DNA from: Rickettsiales bacterium
GTDB lineage: Bacteria > Pseudomonadota > Alphaproteobacteria > Rickettsiales > UBA1997
Reading direction: 5' to 3'
Assembly: GCA_947442475.1 (NCBI GenBank)
Contig: CANEVP010000003.1
Location: forward strand, 17,204-81,203
Length of the DNA: 64,000 bases
A program made the translations under genes and the position numbers. Below the pieces are notes generated by a model, which saw only the letters and a list, made by a program, of their open reading frames with translations, did no database searches and was not told the DNA's origin. Below, one piece after another: positions 9,101-20,391 of the stretch; positions within the stretch are counted from its first letter, which is position 1, and each line of letters starts with the position of its first letter.

Positions 9101-11462
9101 CGCACAGGCAGCTTAGAAATAGATCAGAAATTCGACAATCATTTTGCGGACGCGCGCTGCCGCACAGGCAGCTTAGAAAAACGCGATCAATAGCTTTGTA
9201 ATTTAAAATTTGCGCGCTGCCGCACAGGCAGCTTAGAAAAGCAGAGGGAATCTATTTCAACATGCCCGCCGGCGCGCTGCCGCACAGGCAGCTTAGAAAA
9301 GTCGCAGAAACTTTGAGTCCGGCGTAATTTTGCGCGCTGCCGCACAGGCAGCTTAGAAATGTGACTTCCACCTTTTCAACGAATAGCGATAGCGCGCTGC
9401 CGCACAGGCAGCTTAGAAAAATTCTTTTAAATCTATTTGAGAAAGAGAAAAGCGCGCTGCCGCACAGGCAGCTTAGAAAAAACAAGAACTTGATAGCAAT
9501 AAGCCCACTGGGCGCGCTGCCGCACAGGCAGCTTAGAAAACAAAGACGAAGAAAGCGAAACTTTAAATCACGCGCGCTGCCGCACAGGCAGCTTAGAAAT
9601 TGCGAAGTTGTGCAATCAATTAAAACTGAATGCGCGCTGCCGCACAGGCAGCTTAGAAACGTATCTTTTAAAGACAAAGAAGACGAAACAAGCGCGCTGC
9701 CGCACAGGCAGCTTAGAAAACAAATAGCTGATGCAACGTTTAAAAAAGTTAGCGCGCTGCCGCACAGGCAGCTTAGAAAAACTCCACCAACTTTATGATG
9801 AAATTCGCAAAGCGCGCTGCCGCACAGGCAGCTTAGAAAATAACTAAACCATTTAACAACATGTCACTAGCGCGCGCTGCCGCACAGGCAGCTTAGAAAT
9901 CTAACTTAGCAGAAATGAACGTTCTTGATTTGCGCGCTGCCGCACAGGCAGCTTAGAAACAGTTCTGCTAAGTCCCAAAATTCTGCTGATCGCGCGCTGC
10001 CGCACAGGCAGCTTAGAAATTTGCTATCTAAAACATCGAGCGGATTAATTCGCGCGCTGCCGCACAGGCAGCTTAGAAATACATTTTCGAATGGTTCAAC
10101 ATCTCAGTTCAGCGCGCTGCCGCACAGGCAGCTTAGAAAGTTTATAGATTCGTTTGATTCTCTGTTTAGCAGCGCGCTGCCGCACAGGCAGCTTAGAAAA
10201 AGCTCGTTTCTTGGTAAGTTGTCAAATTCTTGCGCGCTGCCGCACAGGCAGCTTAGAAAAATAAAAAAAGTGGCGGAAACGCTAAAAAATGGCGCGCTGC
10301 CGCACAGGCAGCTTAGAAACGAAAAAATCGCTGAAATAAAACGCTTTCAAAGCGCGCTGCCGCACAGGCAGCTTAGAAAGTTTTGGCGCTGTCCAACTTG
10401 CAAAAACTTTGGCGCGCTGCCGCACAGGCAGCTTAGAAAAATTCCATTTTCCACGGGTATAAGCATGTCGCGCGCGCTGCCGCACAGGCAGCTTAGAAAT
10501 GATTTTGGGATTGATTACGATCTATTTTTCGGCGCGCTGCCGCACAGGCAGCTTAGAAAAGCACCTCGAAACAGCGCGGGAATTATTACAAGCGCGCTGC
10601 CGCACAGGCAGCTTAGAAAGGACTTACTTTTGATCTGCGCGATTTTTTCAGCGCGCGCTGCCGCACAGGCAGCTTAGAAAAAATATCAGATGCATTAATC
10701 GTAAATTCCGCTGCGCGCTGCCGCACAGGCAGCTTAGAAATCTGCAGCAATTGAAGGAGAGCCAGCAAGCGAGCGCGCTGCCGCACAGGCAGCTTAGAAA
10801 TTTTCGATATTCTCTGGTAAGCCATGTCTTTTGCGCGCTGCCGCACAGGCAGCTTAGAAATTATCTTGAAGCGTTTGGTTTAAAAAAATCTGGCGCGCTG
10901 CCGCACAGGCAGCTTAGAAAGGCGTAGTTTTTAAAAGAGCCTTTTTTTCGCAGCGCGCTGCCGCACAGGCAGCTTAGAAAAACAATAAGCCAAGATTTCA
11001 CTTGCGCCATTTGCGCGCTGCCGCACAGGCAGCTTAGAAAAGATTACGACTTCGCGCGGGTCGAGATAGCTTCGCGCGCTGCCGCACAGGCAGCTTAGAA
11101 AAGAAGATTGCGCGCCTGCATTCTCGGCATTGTGCGCGCTGCCGCACAGGCAGCTTAGAAATGATCGTTTCAATTCCAATGTTTGCGAGATCAAGCGCGC
11201 TGCCGCACAGGCAGCTTAGAAAAGATTGAATGTTGCCCCAAGATTTAGCCATAGGCGCGCTGCCGCACAGGCAGCTTAGAAATTTGCATATTGATGAATG
11301 CCCACGCTCGCTTTGCGCGCTGCCGCACAGGCAGCTTAGAAAAGCTTTTTCTGACTTGAGAAATATTCGAGAATGCGCGCTGCCGCACAGGCAGCTTAGA
11401 AAGTCTCTCATCTCTTCTACTTCCCGCGCGTTCAGCGCGCTGCCGCACAGGCAGCTTAGAAA
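6151..11462 (+). CRISPR. Type I-F CRISPR array: 89 repeats (GCGCGCTGCCGCACAGGCAGCTTAGAAA, 28 bp), 88 spacers of 32 bp (four of 33 bp)
   Basis: 60-bp periodicity; CTGCC/GGCAG hairpin and CTTAGAAA handle; first repeat at 6151, last at 11435. Confidence 0.99.
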
Positions 11463-11621
11463 TATGAGCTGTTGAAGAAAAGCGAACTGCGCCCTTTTTT
11501 AAACAACTAATCCATGTCAAATTGATTGCTCTTATGGGAATTTGCAGTCAAGCTGGTAACACGTGTCTCTTGTTAAAAAGAGGCGCATAAAATTTGAGGT
11601 GGGCTTACGAGCCCGCCTTTT

Positions 11622-12452
11622 TTATTGCTCGTTTCTCTCGCGCCAAAAGCTGGCGAATCTTGGAGTGCCATTTTTGGTTTTGCCGAAAAATTTGTAGGTA
11701 ATTGTAGCGCCGATTTTAGGTGGGTTTTTTCTTTGTTCTTCACTGAAGCCACTGCCGATTTTGAAGCGGATTTTTTCTTGATTTTCAACCAGCAGCGCGC
11801 CGAGTTTTTTGGCGTTTTTTCCTTTGCCTTCAATGTGCGCAATTACTTGCGCTTCAGCATCTTCGAAGGTTTTTAGCTTTAATAAATCATCAGTTCTTTT
11901 GGCAGCGTAGTGCGAATTTTTGCGATGCAGCATTAAGCCTTCGCCGCCATTTTTTACCGTAAGATTTAGCAGTTTTTTAAGTGCCTCAGCATCTTCAACT
12001 TCGAACTGATCGATTACTTGTAAATATTTTGAGTCAGCCTGCGCCGCCAATATTTTCATGGCTTCATAACGCTTAGAAAAAACTTCTGAACTTTTTGGTA
12101 AATCAAAAATCATAAAACGCACTTCGCGCCAAGCGGCGTCATCGCAGCTTTGGCAGCGAATGATTTGCGAAACTTTTTCAAAACTGCCGCGATTAATCCA
12201 TAATTCACCGTCAAGGCCTTGGCTTGGAAAATTTTTTACAAACCACTGCGGCGCATTAATTAAATTGCCTTGGCGCGAAATTAATTTTTCACCATCCCAA
12301 TAGCCGCGCACTCCGTCGAGTTTTTCGCTGACTAAAAATTCTTCGAGATTAATGCCTTCAGAGTAAAGATTTGCTAACTGAATTTGCGGCGCTTGAGCAA
12401 AAACAACATCAAAAAAACACAGGAAGAAAATTAAAAAAAAGCGGTAAAGCAT
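11622..12452 (-). CDS. Minimal ATP-dependent DNA ligase with N-terminal signal peptide (Lig E type)
   Basis: Hydrophobic N-terminus ending VFA-QA; SEKLDGVRGYWDG, LDGELW, EGLML, LLKLK, FKIGSGFS, PRFASF. Confidence 0.88.
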   Translation of the reverse strand: MLYRFFLIFFLCFFDVVFAQAPQIQLANLYSEGINLEEFLVSEKLDGVRGYWDGEKLISRQGNLINAPQWFVKNFPSQGLDGELWINRGSFEKVSQIIRCQSCDDAAWREVRFMIFDLPKSSEVFSKRYEAMKILAAQADSKYLQVIDQFEVEDAEALKKLLNLTVKNGGEGLMLHRKNSHYAAKRTDDLLKLKTFEDAEAQVIAHIEGKGKNAKKLGALLVENQEKIRFKIGSGFSEEQRKNPPKIGATITYKFFGKTKNGTPRFASFWRERNEQ

Positions 12453-12484
12453 TGCGGGTGATGGGTTGGCGGTTGGTGATTTTT

Positions 12485-13765
12485 TTAAAAATAACCCAAA
12501 ATTCGCCGCGATCTTTTGTCGATTAGATTGCGAATTTTAGTGAAAATTTCTGACTCGATTCCTTGTTTTTTTAGGCTTTCTTGCAAAGCCAGAGCTGCTT
12601 TTGGCACTTTTGTGGCAAAAGATTTTAGCTCTTTATTTAGCTGAGTCTTGGCGGTGCCTGTGTCGCCAACAATGCTGTGCCAATGAAATAAATATAGGCG
12701 ATCTGGATCGTAAATTTTATCAATTTTCATCGCCATATTGTGCTCCATTTTAGAAGTTCCGAGATATTCGTAAGCTTCTGCCGACAACAGGTCGTAAAGT
12801 GGAGCAAGGCGCGTTTTTCCGCCCTCGTGCAAAAAAGAAAAGTTTTTGCCGTGAGCATCAGAATTGCCGATTAAATAATTGAAAATTACCGCCTGCAAAA
12901 AGCGGGTTTTGTCTCGGGCAATAAATGAGCTGTTTTTCTCAATTAAATTTAGGCAATCCAAAATTCCCGGCCCGCCGTCTTTTCCTTGATATTTTGACTC
13001 TGGCGGCAACCCCAAAGCTTGGCAAAAATCTTCTTGGTGAATGCGAATAGTTTTGCCTTTAAGTTTGGTGCGATCATAGCGGCGAACCAACAAATATGGG
13101 CGATCTTGAATTTTTTTTAAAAACACCTCAGCAACTTCTAAGCCAACTTTGCCAGCCATTTTCATGCAAAAAAATTCATTTTCAGAGCTGTCTACAAGCC
13201 CAAGAATTGGTGGCTTTAGAATGTGCGTGCTCGGTTTTTCTTTTACCAATTGTGGCAACGACTTCTTTTTTTCATCAAAAAAAACTGCCTGCTTACTTTG
13301 AGCGCCGGCCAAAGAAATTCTAACACTTCCACCCGCAGCAATCATGGGGTTTGTGTAGATTTTGCCCAAAATTTCATAAAGCCCGTCAGCACTTAAAGGC
13401 TCAACAGAACCTTCGTCGTAGCTTGGTGGTTTTTTGCCTCTGTGCAAAATTTCAATTGAACCTGCGCAATCGCGACCAACTTCAGCAAGCAGCGCAAATA
13501 CATTTTGCGGCGACAGTTTTAATTTTTTGGCAAGAATGTCGCGCTGCATTTCGTCTGGCAAAAGACCTGAAAAAAAACTTTTTGTGGGCTTGTTGCCAAA
13601 AGGCTCGCTCCTAAGTGGAAGAGATGCCGAGATTGGCGCGGCGTTTGCAGATTTTAAATATTTTTCGTCGTAGGTAAAAGACAGAGCTCCGCCGCCGCTA
13701 GAGTTTTGCTCAAAAACTCCGGCAAAAATTTTGTTTAAATAAACGTCGAGTTTTTTGGTGGCCAT
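12485..13765 (-). CDS. hipA: HipA Ser/Thr kinase toxin
   Basis: N-terminal couple domain, SLAGAQSK, HQEDFCQALG, DAHGKNFS, LAPLYD. Confidence 0.93.
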   Translation of the reverse strand: MATKKLDVYLNKIFAGVFEQNSSGGGALSFTYDEKYLKSANAAPISASLPLRSEPFGNKPTKSFFSGLLPDEMQRDILAKKLKLSPQNVFALLAEVGRDCAGSIEILHRGKKPPSYDEGSVEPLSADGLYEILGKIYTNPMIAAGGSVRISLAGAQSKQAVFFDEKKKSLPQLVKEKPSTHILKPPILGLVDSSENEFFCMKMAGKVGLEVAEVFLKKIQDRPYLLVRRYDRTKLKGKTIRIHQEDFCQALGLPPESKYQGKDGGPGILDCLNLIEKNSSFIARDKTRFLQAVIFNYLIGNSDAHGKNFSFLHEGGKTRLAPLYDLLSAEAYEYLGTSKMEHNMAMKIDKIYDPDRLYLFHWHSIVGDTGTAKTQLNKELKSFATKVPKAALALQESLKKQGIESEIFTKIRNLIDKRSRRILGYF

Positions 13766-13770
13766 TGTGT

Positions 13771-13977
13771 TTATTGGGTAGTTAGCTTGATGTTGAGCAT
13801 TTGCGCTACTTTTAGCGCTTTGTCGAATGAGCAGGTTGGCTTGCCTTTTTCTAAGTCAACAATGAAACGCACCCCCACGCCGCAAGTTGCTGCCAATTGT
13901 GGCTGGGTGATATTTTGCGATTTTCTAGCTTGCTGCACAAGGCTTCCGAGATCTTTTGCTGAATTTATTTTTATCAT
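13771..13977 (-). CDS. hipB: HipB-like XRE antitoxin
   Basis: 68-aa HTH (TQPQLAATCGVGVRFIVDLEKGKPT) directly upstream of hipA. Confidence 0.88.
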   Translation of the reverse strand: MIKINSAKDLGSLVQQARKSQNITQPQLAATCGVGVRFIVDLEKGKPTCSFDKALKVAQMLNIKLTTQ

Positions 13978-13992
13978 TTTTTAAGAAAAAAA

Positions 13993-14068
13993 TTTACCGA
14001 TCGGGAAATAAACTAATCTTTTGGTAATTTTTTCAAGTAAAAAATAAGAAAATTTCCCGATCGGGAAA
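13993..14068. promoter_or_regulatory. Two palindromic operators upstream of hipB
   Basis: TTTACCGATCGGGAAA (13993-14008) and perfect TTTCCCGATCGGGAAA (14053-14068), 60 bp apart. Confidence 0.7.
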
Positions 14069-14183
14069 GAAAAAGGTATTTATAAGGTATGTATATTTAC
14101 ATTTGGCGAGAACATGTCTTCAAAACAATATTCATAAGGATTGGAGCACGATCATTACACCATTTAAAAAACGAAAATACGCT

Positions 14184-15677
<1,494 letters not shown>

Positions 15678-15770
15678 TCAAAGATTTTGGGGGTGCCAAG
15701 AAAGAACTAGCAAATTAGTTTTGGCTCCAAAAAATAAAAAACAATTAATAACCTCCAAGCCTTGAAAATC

Positions 15771-16190
15771 ATGACTTCTCAGATCGAAAAACTTTGCACT
15801 GAGCAAAAGATAAAGCTTACCGAAAATCGTCGTATTATTGCTCGCGTAATTTCTGAAAGTGAAGATCATCCAGATGTTGAAGAAGTATTTCGCCGCGCCT
15901 CAAAAATTAACCAAAAAATCGGCATCGCCACCGTTTATCGCGCTGTCAAAATGTTCGAAGAATATGGCGTAATCGCTAAGCACGACTTTGGTGGCAAAGG
16001 CCGCGCCCGCTACGAAAAACTAGAGGGCGACGATCATCATCACGATCACTTAATCGACATTACCACTGACGAAGTTCACGAATTTTTTAACGAAGAATTA
16101 GAAAAATTAAAAACCCGCGTTGCCCTTGAACATGGCTTCGAGCTAGTAGGCCACCGTCTCGAGCTTTATTGCCGACCGCTCAAAAAATAA
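15771..16190 (+). CDS. fur: Fur-family transcriptional regulator
   Basis: DHPDVEEV, GIATVYR, HHDHLID; ATG at 15771. Confidence 0.92.
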   Translation: MTSQIEKLCTEQKIKLTENRRIIARVISESEDHPDVEEVFRRASKINQKIGIATVYRAVKMFEEYGVIAKHDFGGKGRARYEKLEGDDHHHDHLIDITTDEVHEFFNEELEKLKTRVALEHGFELVGHRLELYCRPLKK

Positions 16191-16212
16191 TAACCAATTT
16201 ACAAATCCACCA

Positions 16213-17724
16213 ATGCCAATTCTAAACTGGTTAAACCGCGAACAAAGCATCAAGAAAGCCGCGCAAGCATCTTATCGCTTGCTTGAGTTAGATGAAAATT
16301 TTTCTTACGGCGATAAAGATTCTAACAACATGTTGATTCAAGGCGACAACCTTGAAGCACTCAAAGCTTTGCTGCCTTATTTTGCGGGAAAAGTGAAATG
16401 TATTTACATTGATCCGCCTTACAATACTGGCAGCGCTTTTGAGCATTATGATGATAATTTGGAGCATACGAAGTGGCTAGAAATGATGTATCCGCGGCTG
16501 GAATTGTTGCGTGAGTTATTAGTGGAAGATGGCAGCGTCTGGATTTCCATTGACGCCGACGAAGCTCATTATTTGAAAGTGATTTGTGACGAAATTTTTG
16601 GACGCAAAAATTTTATTGATGAGGTGGTTTGGCAAAGATCTTACGCGCCAATAAATTTGAAAAAAACATTGTCACGCAGCCATGACACGATTTTGGTTTA
16701 CGCAAAAAATTCTAATGGCTTTGAGTTGAATAAATTGCCGAGAAGCGACGAAGCCAATAATCGCTATAAAAACCCCGACAATGATTCGCGCGGGGTTTGG
16801 AAATCTAGCGATCTTTCGGTTGGGCCAGCGGTTGAGAAAAATATTTACGAGATTGAAACACCTAGCGGCAGAAAGGTTTTTCCTCCAAAAGGAAGAAGTT
16901 GGGTAATTGGAGAAGAAAAGTTTCAAGAATTCTTAAAAGATAACCGAATCTGGTTTGGCGCTAGTGGAACCAGCGTTCCATCAATCAAAAGATTTTTATC
17001 CGAAGTAAAAGACGGCATCACTGCAATGACAATGTGGAGCTACCAAGAAGTTGGCCACAACCAAGATGCTAAAAGAGAAGTCAAAGAGCTAAATCTGGGC
17101 GAAGTTTTTGGCACACCAAAATCTGAAAAATTACTCCACCGAATTTTAACCTTAGCCACCAACGAAAGCGACCTAGTACTCGATTCCTTCCTTGGCTCTG
17201 GTACTACCGCTGCCGTTGCACACAAAATGAATCGTCGCTACATTGGAATTGAAATGGGAGAACATGCCAAAACTCACTGCGCGCTGCGTTTGCAAAAAGT
17301 GATTGATGGCGAACAAGGCGGAATTTCCAAAGATGTTGCTTGGGTTTCTGGCGGCGGATTTCGTTTTTATAATTTGGGTGAGGCAATTTTTAAAGAAGAT
17401 GGCCGCATTAATAAAAACATAAAATTTGAACATTTAGCGGCGCATATTTGGTTTTGCGAAACCAAAACTTCGTTGAGCCAAAAAGAAAAATCTGCACTGC
17501 TTGGAGTTTTTGATGGAGTTGCTTATTACCTGCTTTTTAACGGAATTTTGGGAGACAAAAACGTGAGCGGTGGCAATGTTTTAACTAAAAAAACTTTAGC
17601 AATTTTGCCCAAATTTGACGGCCCCAAAATAATCTACGGCGAAACCAACCGCCTCGCATTTTCACTTTTGCAAGAAAATCAAATCACCTTCAAACAAACC
17701 CCTTACGACATAAAAGCGAGGTAA
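16213..17724 (+). CDS. mod: Type III R-M methyltransferase (Mod)
   Basis: GDNLEALK, IYIDPPYN, TPKSEKLL, DSFLGSGTT. Confidence 0.92.
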   Translation: MPILNWLNREQSIKKAAQASYRLLELDENFSYGDKDSNNMLIQGDNLEALKALLPYFAGKVKCIYIDPPYNTGSAFEHYDDNLEHTKWLEMMYPRLELLRELLVEDGSVWISIDADEAHYLKVICDEIFGRKNFIDEVVWQRSYAPINLKKTLSRSHDTILVYAKNSNGFELNKLPRSDEANNRYKNPDNDSRGVWKSSDLSVGPAVEKNIYEIETPSGRKVFPPKGRSWVIGEEKFQEFLKDNRIWFGASGTSVPSIKRFLSEVKDGITAMTMWSYQEVGHNQDAKREVKELNLGEVFGTPKSEKLLHRILTLATNESDLVLDSFLGSGTTAAVAHKMNRRYIGIEMGEHAKTHCALRLQKVIDGEQGGISKDVAWVSGGGFRFYNLGEAIFKEDGRINKNIKFEHLAAHIWFCETKTSLSQKEKSALLGVFDGVAYYLLFNGILGDKNVSGGNVLTKKTLAILPKFDGPKIIYGETNRLAFSLLQENQITFKQTPYDIKAR

Positions 17725-17763
17725 ATTCGTAATTTTTAATCATCCAGAAACCAAGAAATTAAA

Positions 17764-20391
17764 ATGGCGATTACTCTGAAAAAATATCAAGAAACCTCAC
17801 TCGAAATTTTGCGAAATTTTCTTGAGTTGAGTCGTTTTGAAGGCGCGAAACAGGCTTACGAAAAAGTGCAAACTCAACGTTATCGCGGCGAATATTTTAA
17901 GCCGTTTCAACCTTTAAAAGATCTGGAAGAAACGCCCTACATTTGCCTAAGACTACCCACTGGCGGCGGCAAAACTTTACTTTCAGCGCACACAATTGCA
18001 CTTGCCGGCAAACATTATCTTGAAAATGACTATCCTCTAACGCTTTGGTTGGTGCCAACCAACACGATTAAAGAGCAAACTTTAGAAACGTTTAAAAACT
18101 CAAATCATGCAAATTACCAAGTTTTAGAAAAATTTTTTGGCGGCAAGTTTCGCGTTTTTGACATTGGCGATTTTCGCACGATTAGACCACAAGATATTTC
18201 GGGCGGCGCCTGCGTAATTATTTCAACTTTTGCATCGCTACGCGTTGACAAAACTGACGGCCGCAAAGCTTACGATCACGATGAAAATTTGGAGACGCAT
18301 TTTAGCAAAATTCCAAGCAGCGCTTCTGGAATGGAGTTTGACGAAAATGGCCAAATTAAATTTTCATTTGCCAATTTGCTGAATTGGCACCGACCTTTGG
18401 TAATTGTGGATGAAGCACATAATGCAAAAACAGATTTAAGTGTTGAGGTTTTGCGCCGCGTCAATGCTTCTTGCGTGATTGAATACACCGCAACTCCAGC
18501 GCCAAACAGCAACATTATTTGCTCGGTTTCCGCGGCTGAATTAAAGGCGGAGCAAATGATTAAGCTGCCAATAATTTTGACCGAAAATAAATCTTGGCAA
18601 GAAGCTGTGAGCGCCTCAATTCAAACAAGACGCAAGCTAGAAGACTTGGCGCTGAAGGACAAAGACTACATTCGCCCAATCGTACTTTTTCAGGCCGAAA
18701 GTAAAGATCAGGAAGTGACTACGGAAGTTTTGGAAAAATATCTCGTTGAAAATGAGGGAATTAGTCGTAACCAAATTGCCATTGCAACCGGCGACCAGAA
18801 AGAACTCGACGGCATTAATTTGCTTAATCCAAATTGCGAAATTCGTTTTATAATCACGGTTCAGGCTTTGAAAGAAGGTTGGGATTGCTCCTTTGCCTAT
18901 GTGCTTTGCTCGGTTGCCAATACCCAATCTTCAACTGCAATTGAGCAATTATTGGGACGAGTTCTGCGCATGCCTTACGCCAAAGAACGCTCTCATCCAG
19001 ATCTCAACAAAGCTTACGCCAACGTCACAGCAAAAGGATGGAAAGATCCCGCTAATCAAATGTGCGAACGCTTGGTAAATATGGGTTTTGAAAAATTAGA
19101 AGCGCAGAATTTTGTTGATTACCAACCAAGCCTTCCTGCTTTTGATGCAATTGCAACGCAGCCATTTGAAGTGATTTTAGAAAAAGAGCCCGACCTTTCT
19201 GGACTTGATATTGTGGAACTGGCGGCCGTTTCTGTAGAAAAAAAATCTGATAATTCGATTATCTTAAAACTTGCCACTGGGTTCACAAAAATTTCAGAGG
19301 AAAAATTGCAACACCTCGCCGCCACCTCAAGGGATCAAGAGGCTCTGAGTGCTCAAATTAACACCTACAAAGCTCGGCAAGAAAATTTTAAAAACAAAAT
19401 TGGGCAAAAAGAATTATCTCCTTCGCAGCGCGGCGAAGTTTTCTGCCTGCCGCAATTGTGCCTTAATTTTGATGGAGAAATTGAATTAGCTGAGGTTGAA
19501 ACTTGCCTTGATGTCATGGGAGGCTGGGGCTTGCTTGATTATCCAACCACTTTCACAAAAAGTGATTTTGCTTTTAACGATGAATCCAAGCAATACGCGC
19601 TAGACATAGCTGGACAAAAACTTGCGATCAAACCACTTCAGCAAAGCCAACAGCTAAGTCTCGAAGGAATTAGAACTGAAATGAATGAGCTCGATCTTTG
19701 TCGCTGGCTTGATCGAAAGCTTCAAGCAAGCCAAATAGAAAAAGATATTGGCCAAGAGTTTTTACTAGAATTTGTGCGCAGATCTATTCACAACCTTCTT
19801 GCTCGCGATGATTTGGACATGGCGAAGTTGTCTCGTGACAAATTTATTCTTGAGAAATTCTTGAGAGAAAAAATTAATTCTTACCGAAAAGAAGCTGCTA
19901 CCAAGAGCTACCAATCTTGTCTTTTTGGCAAAAAGTCTTTTGCCGCAGTTAGTCCGAAAGATTTTAACTTTTCATTTAGCACCAACTATCCAGCAAATCT
20001 TTACTACCAAGGGCGGTTTGTTTTTGAGAAACATTACTACCCAATGCCTGGAGACATGAACGGAGAGGAGGCCGAATGCGCCTCAAAAATTGATCAGAAT
20101 AAAAATGTAAAATGCTGGGTGCGAAATGTTGAATGCCAACCCAAATATTCTTTTTGGCTTCCGGTTTCTGGCGGCAAATTCTACCCAGATTTTGTTGCTC
20201 AGCTAAATTGCGGAAGATTCTTGATCATAGAATACAAGGGCTCCCACCTTGATAATTCAGAAACCGCCGAAAAAGAATTGATCGGTAAAAAATGGGCAGA
20301 GGAATCAGGAAATTTATTTTTGATGTCGTGGAAAAAAGATGATTTCGGCAACAATGTTGAACAACAGATTAACAAAATAATTAACTCTTAA
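17764..20391 (+). CDS. res: Type III restriction subunit (Res): helicase plus PD-(D/E)XK nuclease
   Basis: PTGGGKT, DEAH, LKEGWDC, QLLGRVLRMP, FYPDF...IEYKG. Confidence 0.9.
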   Translation: MAITLKKYQETSLEILRNFLELSRFEGAKQAYEKVQTQRYRGEYFKPFQPLKDLEETPYICLRLPTGGGKTLLSAHTIALAGKHYLENDYPLTLWLVPTNTIKEQTLETFKNSNHANYQVLEKFFGGKFRVFDIGDFRTIRPQDISGGACVIISTFASLRVDKTDGRKAYDHDENLETHFSKIPSSASGMEFDENGQIKFSFANLLNWHRPLVIVDEAHNAKTDLSVEVLRRVNASCVIEYTATPAPNSNIICSVSAAELKAEQMIKLPIILTENKSWQEAVSASIQTRRKLEDLALKDKDYIRPIVLFQAESKDQEVTTEVLEKYLVENEGISRNQIAIATGDQKELDGINLLNPNCEIRFIITVQALKEGWDCSFAYVLCSVANTQSSTAIEQLLGRVLRMPYAKERSHPDLNKAYANVTAKGWKDPANQMCERLVNMGFEKLEAQNFVDYQPSLPAFDAIATQPFEVILEKEPDLSGLDIVELAAVSVEKKSDNSIILKLATGFTKISEEKLQHLAATSRDQEALSAQINTYKARQENFKNKIGQKELSPSQRGEVFCLPQLCLNFDGEIELAEVETCLDVMGGWGLLDYPTTFTKSDFAFNDESKQYALDIAGQKLAIKPLQQSQQLSLEGIRTEMNELDLCRWLDRKLQASQIEKDIGQEFLLEFVRRSIHNLLARDDLDMAKLSRDKFILEKFLREKINSYRKEAATKSYQSCLFGKKSFAAVSPKDFNFSFSTNYPANLYYQGRFVFEKHYYPMPGDMNGEEAECASKIDQNKNVKCWVRNVECQPKYSFWLPVSGGKFYPDFVAQLNCGRFLIIEYKGSHLDNSETAEKELIGKKWAEESGNLFLMSWKKDDFGNNVEQQINKIINS

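Noticed and set aside
9540..10652. Weak similarities between spacers 57/59, 63/64 and 70/75
   Set aside because: Matches of about 11-14 nt in AT-rich sequence are not distinguishable from chance
6147..11520. Many ORFs with ALPHRQLR, SKLPVRQRA or FLSCLCGSA repeats
   Set aside because: They are translations of the 60-bp CRISPR unit (a multiple of 3), not genes
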